Below are positions 19,375-30,076 of a stretch of DNA of 64,000 nucleotides, one piece after another. Source of the stretch: Schleiferiaceae bacterium. Its GTDB lineage: Bacteria > Bacteroidota > Bacteroidia > Flavobacteriales > Schleiferiaceae. Below the pieces are notes generated by a model that saw nothing but the letters and a program-made list of their open reading frames with translations, made no database searches and was not told the DNA's origin. A program made the position numbers and the translations under genes. Every line of letters begins with the position of its first letter. The first letter of the stretch is position 1. The stretch spans positions 28,473 to 92,472 of the forward strand of contig JBMZBC010000002.1 in assembly GCA_049611965.1 (NCBI GenBank). Direction: 5' to 3'.

Positions 19375-20880
19375 ATGCGCATCAAAAACGCTCTCATTTC
19401 AGTTTTTCACAAGGACGGTCTTGGACCTATTGTCGACGTACTAAATGCCGGTGGAACAACTATTTATTCAACTGGTGGAACGCAAGCCTTCATTGAAGGA
19501 CGTGGCATACCAGTCGAGCGTGTTGAAGATTTAACATCCTACCCTTCTATCTTGGGAGGGCGCGTTAAAACATTACACCCAAAAGTTTTTGGCGGCATCC
19601 TAGCGCGAAGAGATAATGAGAGCGATAAAGGACAAATGAACGAGTTCGAGATCCCCTATTTCGACCTAGTAATTGTCGATCTTTATCCTTTCGAAGCAAC
19701 CGTAGCTTCGGGTGCGCCGGAACAGGATATTATTGAGAAAATTGATATCGGTGGCATCTCATTGATTCGTGCAGCAGCGAAAAACTTCAAAGATTGTTGG
19801 ATCATTTCTAACATGGGACAATATGAAGATGCTCTTGCAGTGTTAAATTCGGAAAAAGGCGCGTCTCAAGAAATCAGAAGACGCTATGCGCTTGAGGCTT
19901 TCGATGAAAGCAGCAACTACGACACGGCCATTTACCGTTACTTCGCTGGTGACCGCCTGGATCTTAAAATGAGCGGACGTCAGAAGCAAGGTTTGCGCTA
20001 CGGTGAAAACCCACATCAAGAAGCAGCCTACTTCGGCAACCTCGATGATGCACTTGAGCAAATCCACGGCAAGGCACTGAGCTACAACAACCTTTTAGAT
20101 ATCGACGCTACGGTAAATCTTATTCGTGAGTTCGAAGAGACTACCATTGCAATCATCAAACACAATAACGCTTGTGGCTTGGCAACACGCCCATCCCTTG
20201 CAGAGGCATGGGACGATGCATTGGCTGGCGACCCTGTGAGTGCGTTCGGCGGTGTGATTGCTGCAAATAGAGTTGTAGACAAAGCCACTGCCGAGAAGAT
20301 GAACACATTGTTCTTCGAGGTCCTAATGGCACCCGGATACGATGAGGACGCTATAGAGGTTTTAAAAAGTAAGAAGAACCGTGTGCTTCTCATCTTAAAG
20401 GACTACGAAGTTCCTGCATACAACGTACGCACCGTTCTAAATGGAACCTTGGTACAAGCCAGAGACGCAAAATCAGAGCGCGCAGCAGATATGGAGACTG
20501 TGACGAAAGTTGCACCTTCAGCGCAGCAGCTCGAAGATCTCGAGTTCGCAGCGAAAATCTGTAAGCATACAAAGTCGAATACAATCGTTTTAGCCAAGGG
20601 TGGCCAATTATTAGGGTCAGGAACAGGACAGACATCTCGCGTAGATGCTTTGAACCAAGCCGTAGAAAAAGCAAACCGCTTTGGTTTTGACCTCAGCGGT
20701 GCAGCAATGGCTTCGGATGCATTCTTCCCATTCCCAGATTGTGTGGAGATTGCAGATAAGGCAGGAATCACCTGTGTTATTCAACCTGGGGGCTCTATTC
20801 GTGACAAGGAAAGTATCGCTTATTGCGACGAGAATGGATTGGCAATGGTTACTACGGGAATCCGTCACTTCAAACACTAA
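19375..20880 (+). CDS. purH: bifunctional AICAR transformylase / IMP cyclohydrolase
   Basis: MRIKNALISVFHKDGL MGS-like N-domain, a GGRVKTLHPKV motif and a C-terminal AICARFT domain. Start re-picked to ATG 19375. Confidence 0.95.
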   Translation: MRIKNALISVFHKDGLGPIVDVLNAGGTTIYSTGGTQAFIEGRGIPVERVEDLTSYPSILGGRVKTLHPKVFGGILARRDNESDKGQMNEFEIPYFDLVIVDLYPFEATVASGAPEQDIIEKIDIGGISLIRAAAKNFKDCWIISNMGQYEDALAVLNSEKGASQEIRRRYALEAFDESSNYDTAIYRYFAGDRLDLKMSGRQKQGLRYGENPHQEAAYFGNLDDALEQIHGKALSYNNLLDIDATVNLIREFEETTIAIIKHNNACGLATRPSLAEAWDDALAGDPVSAFGGVIAANRVVDKATAEKMNTLFFEVLMAPGYDEDAIEVLKSKKNRVLLILKDYEVPAYNVRTVLNGTLVQARDAKSERAADMETVTKVAPSAQQLEDLEFAAKICKHTKSNTIVLAKGGQLLGSGTGQTSRVDALNQAVEKANRFGFDLSGAAMASDAFFPFPDCVEIADKAGITCVIQPGGSIRDKESIAYCDENGLAMVTTGIRHFKH

Positions 20881-20899
20881 TTTTTATTACCTTGAAGCC

Positions 20900-21928
20900 A
20901 TGGGTTGGTTAAGTTTCATGACAGAGGATATAGCGATTGACTTGGGTACAGCCAATACGCTTATCACATATCAAGACAAGGTGGTAGTTGACTCTCCATC
21001 TATTGTCGCTCAAGACAGAAGAACAGGGCAGATTATTGCCGTGGGCAAAGAAGCGCGTCAAATGCACGGCAAGACGCACGAAAACATCAAAACCATCCGT
21101 CCTTTGAAGGATGGAGTGATTGCAGATTTCGAAGCTTCGGAATACATGATTCGCGAGCTCATTAAGAGCATCCCAGCCTTCAAAAAAAGACTGTTTCCTC
21201 CAAGCCTTCGTATGGTAGTTTGTATTCCTTCGGGCATTACTGAAGTTGAGAAGCGTGCTGTTAGAGACTCTGCAGAACATGCCAATGCAAAAGAAGTATA
21301 TCTTATTCACGAACCTATGGCCGCGGCCGTAGGTATCGGAGTAAATATCCTCGAACCTAAAGGAAATATGATCATCGACATCGGTGGTGGTACAACAGAG
21401 ATTGCTGTACTTGCTATGGGTGGTATCGTTTGTGATAAATCCATTAAAGTTGCTGGTGATGTATTTACCAATGATATCGCCAACTACATGAGAACACAAC
21501 ACAACCTCTTCGTTGGAGAGCGCACCGCAGAAAACATTAAGATTTCTGTTGGCGCTGCACTTGAAGACCTTGAAGAAGCACCAGAACCTTTCCAGGTTCA
21601 AGGTCGTGACCTTCTAACAGGAAAGCCTAAGCAGGTAAGTGTTACTCACGGTGAAGTTAGCAGGGCGCTGGAAAAAAGTGTTACTCGTATTGAAGATGCT
21701 ATCATGGAAGCGTTGAGTAATACACCTCCTGAGCTTGCAGCGGATATCTTTAACAGCGGGATCTATCTCGCCGGTGGCGGGTCTATGCTACGTGGATTAG
21801 ACAAGAGAATTTCGCTTAAGACCGACCTTCCTGTTTACGTTGCTGAGGATCCACTACGCGCAGTTGTTCGAGGAACAGGTGTCGTCCTCAAAAATATCGA
21901 TCACTTCAAGACCGTTTTAGAAAACTAA
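20900..21928 (+). CDS. mreB: rod shape-determining protein MreB
   Basis: MGWLSFMTEDIAIDLGTANTLI N-terminus and actin-fold phosphate loops (DIGGGTTE). The ORF-track extension overlaps purH. Confidence 0.95.
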   Translation: MGWLSFMTEDIAIDLGTANTLITYQDKVVVDSPSIVAQDRRTGQIIAVGKEARQMHGKTHENIKTIRPLKDGVIADFEASEYMIRELIKSIPAFKKRLFPPSLRMVVCIPSGITEVEKRAVRDSAEHANAKEVYLIHEPMAAAVGIGVNILEPKGNMIIDIGGGTTEIAVLAMGGIVCDKSIKVAGDVFTNDIANYMRTQHNLFVGERTAENIKISVGAALEDLEEAPEPFQVQGRDLLTGKPKQVSVTHGEVSRALEKSVTRIEDAIMEALSNTPPELAADIFNSGIYLAGGGSMLRGLDKRISLKTDLPVYVAEDPLRAVVRGTGVVLKNIDHFKTVLEN

Positions 21929-21938
21929 ATAACCCGCC

Positions 21939-22727
21939 ATGCAGCAACTGATACTCTTCTTATCGAGGTATCGCAATAATCTGTTGCTCTTAGCCCTATT
22001 GCTATTGGCGGTTGTACGTCATTCCTTTAAAAATCCCGTTTCCGAACATTGGATCAACACAGTGGGCACTGGACTTGCTGCGACATTTACCGATGCTACC
22101 AATGGATGGAAAATTTACTGGTCGCTCGAAGAGGTAAATGACGAGCTGGCGAGGGAAAATGCTGTTCTAAAAGCCGCTATGTGGTCAAATTCTGCTCCGG
22201 AGTTTGCAGCCTCCTCAGAGTACGATTATGTTCCAGCCAAGGTCATTGATCACAGCTACAAAAAAGTCAATAACTACATTATCATTAATGCAGGTAAACG
22301 ACTCGGAGTGCAGCCAGGAATGGGTGTGGTTAGCGCCCAAGGGTGGGTAGGCACCGTGAGTGAAAGTACAAGAAACTATGCCTATATTTTACCTTTTACG
22401 CACAGCAAAGGAGGTATTGGTGCCCGCATTGAAGGAAAGGGATTGGGTCAATTGAGTTGGTCGGGGTCGGTTGAAACAGCACTTCTAAACGACATTGAAC
22501 GCGAATTTGAGCCAAAACCAGGCGACAGTATTTACTCCTATACTCGCGCAGAAATAGCACCCCCAGTATTGACAGGTATTGTACATAGTGCGTCGCAAAG
22601 TGAAGAAGACTTGAGCTGGAATGCCAAGGTGAATCTAACGACGGACTTCATGAATTTGGAATGGGTATATGTATGCCAATTCAAAGGGAAAGAAGAATTG
22701 GACACTTTAAAACTTAATATGGAATGA
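21939..22727 (+). CDS. mreC: rod shape-determining protein MreC
   Basis: Position after mreB, an N-terminal TM, a coiled coil and a beta-rich domain (GMGVVSAQGWVGTV). Confidence 0.85.
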   Translation: MQQLILFLSRYRNNLLLLALLLLAVVRHSFKNPVSEHWINTVGTGLAATFTDATNGWKIYWSLEEVNDELARENAVLKAAMWSNSAPEFAASSEYDYVPAKVIDHSYKKVNNYIIINAGKRLGVQPGMGVVSAQGWVGTVSESTRNYAYILPFTHSKGGIGARIEGKGLGQLSWSGSVETALLNDIEREFEPKPGDSIYSYTRAEIAPPVLTGIVHSASQSEEDLSWNAKVNLTTDFMNLEWVYVCQFKGKEELDTLKLNME

Positions 22728-23227
22728 ATGTAGGTCGCATACTTGGCGTTGCCGTTCTTGCCATTACGGTCCAATGGTTGCTCATCCAAGATTTACCATT
22801 AACGGATTACGGCAACCCCTATATCTATTTATGGGCATTCTTTGTGATTCCATTCAACACCCCGAGAATGACCACCTATGTATTGGCCTTTATCATAGGT
22901 TCTACGCTCGACAGTCTTGAGCAGAGTGGAGGCGCACATACTATTGCTGCCCTGATAACCATTGCTGCAAAACCGTCTATTGAAAGCTTCCTCTACGGAT
23001 TCAGAGAGGAAAACTCCAACCATACATTAAGCGGACTTCCGTTGGCGAATTTCTTACCACTTGCCTTCCTATTGGTCCTTCTTCACCATTCGTTATTATT
23101 TACTGTAGAAAACAGTGGATTTTCTCAATTTTCAGCACTTGGACTTCGTATCTTGATGTCAACCCTCAGCACTGTTGGGTTACTTACGATCGCTCATTTT
23201 CTTTTGTCCAAACGCTATGCAGCATAA
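22724..23227 (+). CDS. mreD: rod shape-determining protein MreD
   Basis: Small polytopic membrane protein with an ATGA overlap onto mreC, in the canonical position. Confidence 0.7.
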   Translation: MNVGRILGVAVLAITVQWLLIQDLPLTDYGNPYIYLWAFFVIPFNTPRMTTYVLAFIIGSTLDSLEQSGGAHTIAALITIAAKPSIESFLYGFREENSNHTLSGLPLANFLPLAFLLVLLHHSLLFTVENSGFSQFSALGLRILMSTLSTVGLLTIAHFLLSKRYAA

Positions 23228-25070
23228 AGCAGCATTCTATTCGGTTATCGTCCTGATCACATTGATATTCAGTGTACGCCTATTCAATATTCAGATCATG
23301 AATGATGAATACGCGGCGCGGGCAGAACGCAATGCTACGCAAGCAGAGAAATTGTACGCGCCGCGCGGTTACATCTATGATCGAAACGGTCAACTCATGG
23401 TGGGAAACAGCCCAACGTACGACCTTATGGTGAGTCCCTATTTAGTAAAGGATTTAGATACAGTGCAGCTTGGTAGACTGCTCGATTTAGAAGTAGCGGA
23501 CATCAAGGATCGTTTGGAAAAAGCCAAGAAGTACAGCTATTTCCGCAGCAGCATGTTCATGAAGATGTTGCCCAAAGAGCACTACGCACGAATCAACACT
23601 GAACTCAAGAAGTTCGCGGGATTCTACCCACAGAAGCGAATCCTCAGAAACTACCCCAAGCCCGGTGCCGCCAATGTTGTGGGGTTCATTGGAGAAGTCA
23701 ACACGGACTTTATTCGCAAAAACGAAGGGTATTCCATGGGCGACCTCTCTGGGAAAAGCGGGATAGACAAGAGTTATGAGAGCCTGCTTAAGGGCGAACA
23801 CGGGAAGCGATTTTATACCGTGGATCACAGAAATCGTAGAATAGGCAACTGGAAAGACGGCGCACACGATCTCCTGCCGGTTCCAGGTAAAGATTTAACG
23901 AGCAGCATTGATTTAGACCTCCAGTTGTACGGCGAACAGTTGATGAGCGGTAAACGTGGAAGCATTGTTGCTATTGAACCTCAAAGCGGAGAAATTCTAG
24001 CAATGGTGACGGCTCCGAATTACGATCCCAACGAACTAGTGGGACGGTTGCGCAGCAGAAATTACACGGCACTCTACTACGACAGCATCAATAAGCCGCT
24101 CTTTGATCGAGGTATCTTGGCTGAATATCCACCGGGATCGCCTTTTAAACTAGTTGGAGCATTGATTGGTCTTCAAGAAGGCGTAATCAGCCCAAGAACG
24201 ACCATGACCTGTAGACACGGTTGGCATTATGGAAGCTTGACAGTGGCCTGCCATTGCAAAGGCGGACCGATGAATTTGAGAAAGGCTATTTCAGAAAGTT
24301 GTAACAACTACTTCTGCTCCGTCTATCAACGTTCTGTAGATCACGGCGGTGACTCTCGCCAAGGCCTAGAAATATGGTCAAACCACGTTAAGAGCTTTGG
24401 GTTGGGCAAATACCTCGGCAATGATCTTCCAACAGGAAAGAAGGGACTGGTCCCTGATGTCGCTTTCTACGATCGGTTCTTAGGATATACCGGCTGGAAA
24501 GGGGCAACTTCTGTAAGTAACGGGATAGGTCAAGGGGAACTATTGGCAACGCCTATTCAGCTGGCAAATATGGCAGCTGCCATTGCGAACCGCGGTTATT
24601 ACTACACGCCACACATTATTAAAGACGTTGACGGTGGTGCTAAGATCGACAGTGCATTCCTCACTCCGAAGTACACGACCATTGACAGCATTCATTTTGA
24701 GACGGTCATTGAAGGGATGTACGATGTATTTGAGAGCGGTACTGCAAAGGCTGCGCGTTTGGAGCATATCTCCCAATGTGGAAAGACGGGTACTGCACAG
24801 AATCCTCACGGTCAGGACCACAGTATTTTCGTAAGCTTTGCCCCTAAGGATGACCCTAAAATTGCCATTGCCGTCATCATTGAAAACGGTTATTGGGGGT
24901 CTAGATGGGCAGCACCGATATCTAGTCTAATGACCGAGCTGTATCTCAGTGATACCGTTACTCGACCGAGACTCGAGCAACGTATGTTAGAAGGAGAACT
25001 GCACGAAGAATACCGCAAACAGCATCTTGCCATTTACGGGGAAGACAGCACTTACGAAGCGAATTTCTAA
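23217..25070 (+). CDS. mrdA: penicillin-binding protein 2 (elongasome transpeptidase)
   Basis: SxxK (GSPFK), SxN (SCN) and KTG (GKTGTAQ) motifs. ATG 23217 chosen. Confidence 0.9.
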   Translation: MQHKAAFYSVIVLITLIFSVRLFNIQIMNDEYAARAERNATQAEKLYAPRGYIYDRNGQLMVGNSPTYDLMVSPYLVKDLDTVQLGRLLDLEVADIKDRLEKAKKYSYFRSSMFMKMLPKEHYARINTELKKFAGFYPQKRILRNYPKPGAANVVGFIGEVNTDFIRKNEGYSMGDLSGKSGIDKSYESLLKGEHGKRFYTVDHRNRRIGNWKDGAHDLLPVPGKDLTSSIDLDLQLYGEQLMSGKRGSIVAIEPQSGEILAMVTAPNYDPNELVGRLRSRNYTALYYDSINKPLFDRGILAEYPPGSPFKLVGALIGLQEGVISPRTTMTCRHGWHYGSLTVACHCKGGPMNLRKAISESCNNYFCSVYQRSVDHGGDSRQGLEIWSNHVKSFGLGKYLGNDLPTGKKGLVPDVAFYDRFLGYTGWKGATSVSNGIGQGELLATPIQLANMAAAIANRGYYYTPHIIKDVDGGAKIDSAFLTPKYTTIDSIHFETVIEGMYDVFESGTAKAARLEHISQCGKTGTAQNPHGQDHSIFVSFAPKDDPKIAIAVIIENGYWGSRWAAPISSLMTELYLSDTVTRPRLEQRMLEGELHEEYRKQHLAIYGEDSTYEANF

Positions 25071-26338
25071 TGGGTTACGGCAATAGAAATAGAAATCGCG
25101 TTGGATTTGATTGGATTTTGGTCAGCCTCTACTTTCTACTCTGCATATGGGGTTGGATAAGCATTTATGCTGCCGTTTACAACGAAGAATCCGCAAGTAT
25201 TTTCTCCTTGGATCAGGAATACGGCAAGCAAGGACTGTTTATTGTAGGCGGTCTCCTGATCATCTTTTTCACCATGATCACTAACTATAGGATATGGACC
25301 AATTTTGCACCTCTCTGGTATGCATTGAGCATTCTGCTATTGATCCTAGTTTTGTTTGTAGGGAAGAAAATAGGTGGTGCCCGAAGTTGGTTCGGACTTG
25401 GGGGATTTAGCCTGCAACCTTCAGAAGTTGGAAAATTTGCCACTGCATTGATGCTGGCCTTCTACGCAAGTTTGCCAAGAAAAACCATGAAGAATTGGCG
25501 CGATAGAATTCTAGGGATATCCATCTTAGGAGTGCCTGGTATTTTGATTGCGCTACAACCGGATATGGGCTCAACTTTAGTTTACCTCAGTTTGATCTTC
25601 GTAGTGTATCGAGCAGGGATGCCGGGCTATTACATCGGTATAGTACTCGCGGGTGTCGCATTGGCGGTTGCCGGTTTAGTACTTCCCTTAAAAACCGCAT
25701 TGCTTGCCTTGGGAATACTAGCGTTTCTTGTGTTTCTGTTTCTTCCCAAGCAAAGACGCTTCTTAATCTACAACGCCTTTTTTACCTCCATCTCCGCGGC
25801 GATCATGTACGGTGTTGGTTTTGTTATGGAACAAATCTTGGCACCGCACCAGCAAGTGCGAATCAAGGTATTGTTGGGCCTAGAAAACGATCCCTCGGGA
25901 GCCGGCTACAACACCCTACAATCTCTGATTGCTATAGGTTCAGGAGGATGGACCGGAAAGGGTTTCTTAAACGGTACACAAACTAAATTAGACTTCGTTC
26001 CTGCCCAGAGTACAGATTATATTTTCTGTACTGTTGGTGAAGAATGGGGCTTTTTAGGCACGTTCCTACTCATGCTCGCCTTTGGACTGCTCATTGGCCG
26101 CATTATATGGCTAGCTGAGCGTCAGAAAGACAATTTTAGCCGATTCTATGGTTATGGCGTAGCCAGTATTTTCTTCACCCATTGGGTCATCAATATCGGT
26201 ATGACCATCGGGCTATTCCCAACCGTGGGTATTCCTTTGCCATTCTTTAGCTACGGAGGCTCCTCACTATGGGGCTTCACCTTATTGTTGTTCATCTTTA
26301 TCAAGCTGGATGGCGAACGACAGAACAGGCTTTCTTAG
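25070..26338 (+). CDS. rodA: SEDS-family peptidoglycan glycosyltransferase RodA
   Basis: FtsW/RodA/SpoVE polytopic pattern (QPSEVGKF, PFFSYGGSS). TAATG overlap with mrdA. Confidence 0.92.
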   Translation: MGYGNRNRNRVGFDWILVSLYFLLCIWGWISIYAAVYNEESASIFSLDQEYGKQGLFIVGGLLIIFFTMITNYRIWTNFAPLWYALSILLLILVLFVGKKIGGARSWFGLGGFSLQPSEVGKFATALMLAFYASLPRKTMKNWRDRILGISILGVPGILIALQPDMGSTLVYLSLIFVVYRAGMPGYYIGIVLAGVALAVAGLVLPLKTALLALGILAFLVFLFLPKQRRFLIYNAFFTSISAAIMYGVGFVMEQILAPHQQVRIKVLLGLENDPSGAGYNTLQSLIAIGSGGWTGKGFLNGTQTKLDFVPAQSTDYIFCTVGEEWGFLGTFLLMLAFGLLIGRIIWLAERQKDNFSRFYGYGVASIFFTHWVINIGMTIGLFPTVGIPLPFFSYGGSSLWGFTLLLFIFIKLDGERQNRLS

Positions 26339-26420
26339 AGCATTTAATCCACCGTTCTCTCTCCTTAATCGCAGCTCTTTCAACCTTCTGAACCGCAGTT
26401 ATACAGGAAACTAGAAGCAT

Positions 26421-26450
26421 AAAAAAACCACCCCGATGGGTGGTTTTTCT
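26421..26450. terminator. bidirectional rho-independent terminator
   Basis: AAACCACCC-cgat-GGGTGGTTT hairpin flanked by an A-run and a T-run, between convergent rodA and the PpiD-like gene. Confidence 0.6.
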
Positions 26451-26470
26451 TTATCTGTAAAAGACGCTGC

Positions 26471-28591
26471 TTAGAACATCAAGTGACGCTTGTCCTCGAT
26501 ATCTGCTTTGTCTTGCAATGCTTTGTAGGCTTGAACACTTACTAGATTTCTCAAGCTCTGCTGTGTAGTACGCGCTTGGTTAGAGAAATCTACAGTAGGT
26601 GCTGGCTGTGCCGGCTGAGTGATTGCAACAAATGCACCGCTCTCTCCAGCGATAACACCGCTTAGTTCGCCTGATGCAATACCACAAATGGTTCCAACAA
26701 CCTTAGCTTCGTTACCTACACCTGCAATGTTCGCCTGCCCTACCTTGAAGTTCAAGGTACGTACCTGCTTACCTGCAGCAGCAGCTACATCTTCAATACT
26801 TGCAGCACCGCTTAGGGCAGCCTCAAGACGCTCTGTAATGATTGCCTTCTTCGCTTCTTTCTTAGCAGCTTCCAAACATTGACCAGCAACAGACTCATAA
26901 GGAGTTGTTCCTTCTTCTAATTTATCAGTGAGGATTACTACAACGTATCCTTTACCGTCATTTTCTAAGAGGCCGATGTTTCCAATCTCACGATCGTCAT
27001 CCCATGCCCAACGAACCACGCGACGAGAAGTACCCAAACCTGGGACTACCTCTTCAAATTGCGCAAGGTTTCTTGCAGGGCGCAAAGACAAGCCTTGCTC
27101 CATAGCCAATACGCGGTAGTCGTCAGCACTCTGTGCAGATGCTGCGTAAGTAGATGCTTGTCCGTACAATGCCTGGATCGTTTCATCAGAAGGAAGGATT
27201 TCGCGAATCACTTGGCCAATCTTATAGGCTTGGTTCGCTCCTTTCTGATCAGTGATTTCGATGATGTGGAAACCAAACTGCGTTGGTACCAATCCTAAAT
27301 CACCCTCTTTACCGAAGTAACAGAAGTTTTCAAACGGCTTGGCCATCATACCGCGGCCAAAGTACCCTAAGTCACCGCCTTTCTCCTTAGCGACAACGTC
27401 CGAAGAATACTCCTGACTTACCGCCTCGAATGCAGATGGATTGTCTTGCAAGTATGCAAACAGGCTATCTGCCAATGTTTTTGCTTCCATAGGTGTGCGA
27501 GTAACGCTTGGGTCTACTCGAGTAGCACCTGCGAATGGAATCAAAATGTGACGCGCCTGAACGCTATCTGCTAAAATTTTCTTGTCAACAAGCTTTACTA
27601 CCGAGAACGATCCACCTAAATCAATCGGTCCCTTCTGGTAACCTACATCCTGTCCGTCAACGAGCGTATCAATACCTGTGCCCACCAACTGATCGATAGT
27701 GAAATACTCAGGGATAAAACGAACGTCACTGTGTAAGTTGACAAACACGCTGTCGTCTTCTGCTGAGAACCACTCTAGTGAAAGTGCTGCTAGTTCTGCC
27801 TTAAGAGCATCGCGATCTGCCTGAGAAGGTGCCAGTGGGAAGTTAATGTACTCAATGTTGCGACCGTCTTTCTGAGTAAACTCATCTTTGTGTGCATTGT
27901 AGTACTTCTTCGCATCCGCTTCGGTTACCGTAATCTCATCTTCGTTTACGTCGATATATGGTACATATACGTACTGCGCTGGGTGCTGAGCATCGCTGCG
28001 AGCAAATTCTGCAGCTACCAATGAAGACGGCATAAATACAGCCTTTTCAATAGCATTGGTGAACTTGAAGTTCTTCGCTTGATTAACTACAGCATTTTCA
28101 AAAGACAACCATTGCGTCCACATTTCTGCGCTCTGCTCAGTAACGTCTTTGTTATCACGTACCTGCGCCAAGTAGCTTTTGAACATGTTCTCGTCGAACT
28201 GACCGTTTGCACCGGCAAAGCTCTGGCGGATGTTTGGGTTGTTGATGATATCAAGGTAAATCTCCTGCTCAGATACGCTCATATCCGCAGCGTCTAATTC
28301 TTCGCCGAGGATAGCATCTGACATGAAGTTGGTCCAAACAAAGTTTGCCAACTGCACGCTAGAAGTATTCGCGTATGTTTCAGGATTACCTGCTCTGAGC
28401 TCCTCCATCTTTTTGCTCACTTCTTGACGCGATAACTCCACGCCATTTACTGAACCAACGATATTAGGATCTCCAAAAAACTTCGAACCTCCCGACTTAA
28501 ATAAGTCGCCGAGTAAGAATGCCAAAAGTGCTACAAACACTACAACGATTAATAAACCTGAGCGTTGTCTAATGCGTTCAATTGTTGCCAT
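26471..28591 (-). CDS. periplasmic chaperone / peptidyl-prolyl isomerase, PpiD-like
   Basis: N-terminal TM anchor, a SurA-N-like region and a parvulin rotamase motif (ARHILIPF...GGDLGYFGRGMMAKPFENF). Confidence 0.8.
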   Translation of the reverse strand: MATIERIRQRSGLLIVVVFVALLAFLLGDLFKSGGSKFFGDPNIVGSVNGVELSRQEVSKKMEELRAGNPETYANTSSVQLANFVWTNFMSDAILGEELDAADMSVSEQEIYLDIINNPNIRQSFAGANGQFDENMFKSYLAQVRDNKDVTEQSAEMWTQWLSFENAVVNQAKNFKFTNAIEKAVFMPSSLVAAEFARSDAQHPAQYVYVPYIDVNEDEITVTEADAKKYYNAHKDEFTQKDGRNIEYINFPLAPSQADRDALKAELAALSLEWFSAEDDSVFVNLHSDVRFIPEYFTIDQLVGTGIDTLVDGQDVGYQKGPIDLGGSFSVVKLVDKKILADSVQARHILIPFAGATRVDPSVTRTPMEAKTLADSLFAYLQDNPSAFEAVSQEYSSDVVAKEKGGDLGYFGRGMMAKPFENFCYFGKEGDLGLVPTQFGFHIIEITDQKGANQAYKIGQVIREILPSDETIQALYGQASTYAASAQSADDYRVLAMEQGLSLRPARNLAQFEEVVPGLGTSRRVVRWAWDDDREIGNIGLLENDGKGYVVVILTDKLEEGTTPYESVAGQCLEAAKKEAKKAIITERLEAALSGAASIEDVAAAAGKQVRTLNFKVGQANIAGVGNEAKVVGTICGIASGELSGVIAGESGAFVAITQPAQPAPTVDFSNQARTTQQSLRNLVSVQAYKALQDKADIEDKRHLMF

Positions 28592-28640
28592 TACTATGCA
28601 ATTATTGTGATGAGTCTGCGAATATAAGATTTTGAGCCAA

Positions 28641-29894
28641 TTAAATGGCCTTTACAAGCACCTCTTCGAGCCTATTGGATGTAGTTTTTTCTACGATAAA
28701 TAAGTATTGGTCACTTCGCACGACTGTGCCCTTGGTTGGGATGCTCTGGTGCACATCTAAAATGTACCCTCCTAAGGTGTTGTAATTCTCACTTTCGGGG
28801 ATATTTAATCCCCACTTTTCGTTGATATCGCTAACCTCTAATCGAGTTGAAAACAACCACTCGTTTGGACGTACTTCTTTCTCTAAAAGCGCTTCCGCAT
28901 CGTGTTCGTCTTCAATTTCGCCAAAAATCTCCTCAATGACATCTTCCAAGGTGATCATACCGCTCGTCCCTCCGTGCTCGTCCAAGACTATCGCGATATT
29001 GCGCTTTTCCTTGGTAAATAGATTCAATATCTCATCCGCCGTCATGCTCTCCGGGATAAAACTCACCGGACGCAATACGCGCTGGAGATTCTCGGGACGA
29101 CGAAAGAGCTCGAATGCATGCACATAGCCAATAATCTTATCGATATTTTCATCGAATACAAGAAGCTTGGAATAGCCGCTTTCGATAAACAAAGCATGTA
29201 CCTCCTTTAAATCAGTGTTGACCTCAACACCTTCAATTTCCGTGCGCGGAATCATGAACTCTCTTGCCTTGGTTTCAGGGAATTCTAAGGCATTCTTGAA
29301 GATTTCTAATTCAGGATCAACCTCTTCATCTCCCTCAACGGTATTGGGTACGCGTTCTCTGACGAAATGGTCCAATTCCACTCGTCCAAAGTCATTGCTT
29401 TCTTCTTCTGCCTCAATTCTAAAGATGTATTTCAAAAAGAATTGGCTCACAACTAAAAGAAGGGCACTCGGTGCTCGAAGTACCCAGAAAATCAAATACG
29501 CAGGAACACTCAATACCTTCATGAGCCCTTCGGCATTTTGCCGAAAAACCGTCTTTGGTAAAAATTCAGCAAAGACAAGGATAATAATGGTTGAAATAGA
29601 GGTTTCCGCGAGTAAAACCAGGTAGTCGAATGCAGACCACTGCTCAAAATAGGGCTCCATGAACTGATGCATGTAATTCCCATATAAGACCAGCGCTACA
29701 TTGTTCCCAACTAATATTGCCGCAATAAATGCCGCGGGCCGGTCGACTAAATAACCCAAAACGCGGTAGTTCCAACCGCCTTTCTGACGTTCAAGCTCAA
29801 CATGAAGTTTGTTGATGCTCAGATACGCCATTTCCAACCCTGAGAACAGGGCAGAAAATAAAATGGACGCTATAATGATAGTGGTGATTTGCAC
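28641..29894 (-). CDS. CNNM/DUF21-CBS-CorC_HlyC family membrane protein (hemolysin-like, putative divalent-cation transport)
   Basis: DUF21 4-TM N-domain, a CBS pair, and a C-terminal CorC_HlyC domain (NTLGGYILD). Confidence 0.85.
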   Translation of the reverse strand: MQITTIIIASILFSALFSGLEMAYLSINKLHVELERQKGGWNYRVLGYLVDRPAAFIAAILVGNNVALVLYGNYMHQFMEPYFEQWSAFDYLVLLAETSISTIIILVFAEFLPKTVFRQNAEGLMKVLSVPAYLIFWVLRAPSALLLVVSQFFLKYIFRIEAEEESNDFGRVELDHFVRERVPNTVEGDEEVDPELEIFKNALEFPETKAREFMIPRTEIEGVEVNTDLKEVHALFIESGYSKLLVFDENIDKIIGYVHAFELFRRPENLQRVLRPVSFIPESMTADEILNLFTKEKRNIAIVLDEHGGTSGMITLEDVIEEIFGEIEDEHDAEALLEKEVRPNEWLFSTRLEVSDINEKWGLNIPESENYNTLGGYILDVHQSIPTKGTVVRSDQYLFIVEKTTSNRLEEVLVKAI

Positions 29895-30076
29895 TATTTA
29901 TTCATCTGCTTCAAACGGCCTTTTCGGCGTAAGAAATACATAAACGCAGCTGCCCCTAAGAACAGAGAAAACTTAATAGTTCGGTTCCAATCGCCCCATC
30001 CCATATATACCTCAACGGCACTTACGGCTGCCACCGCGAGCCATAGAAGTTCTACTACGCGCATTGCTTTATTCAT
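29894..30076 (-). CDS. small two-TM membrane protein (hypothetical)
   Basis: A 60-aa ORF with two hydrophobic helices. It overlaps the neighbouring genes at both ends, which suggests translational coupling. Confidence 0.45.
   Translation of the reverse strand: MNKAMRVVELLWLAVAAVSAVEVYMGWGDWNRTIKFSLFLGAAAFMYFLRRKGRLKQMNK

Noticed and set aside
20909-21601. 230-aa ORF antisense to mreB
   Set aside because: It lies entirely inside the strongly supported mreB frame on the opposite strand. Its translation is low-complexity with no motifs, which is typical of a shadow ORF.
25075-25125. Short direct repeats (AATAGAAATAGAAAT; TTGGATTTGATTGGATTTTGG) at the 5' end of rodA
   Set aside because: They are only two imperfect copies each and are in-frame coding sequence (GNRNRNRVGFDWI). 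They are too short to be a plausible slippage switch.
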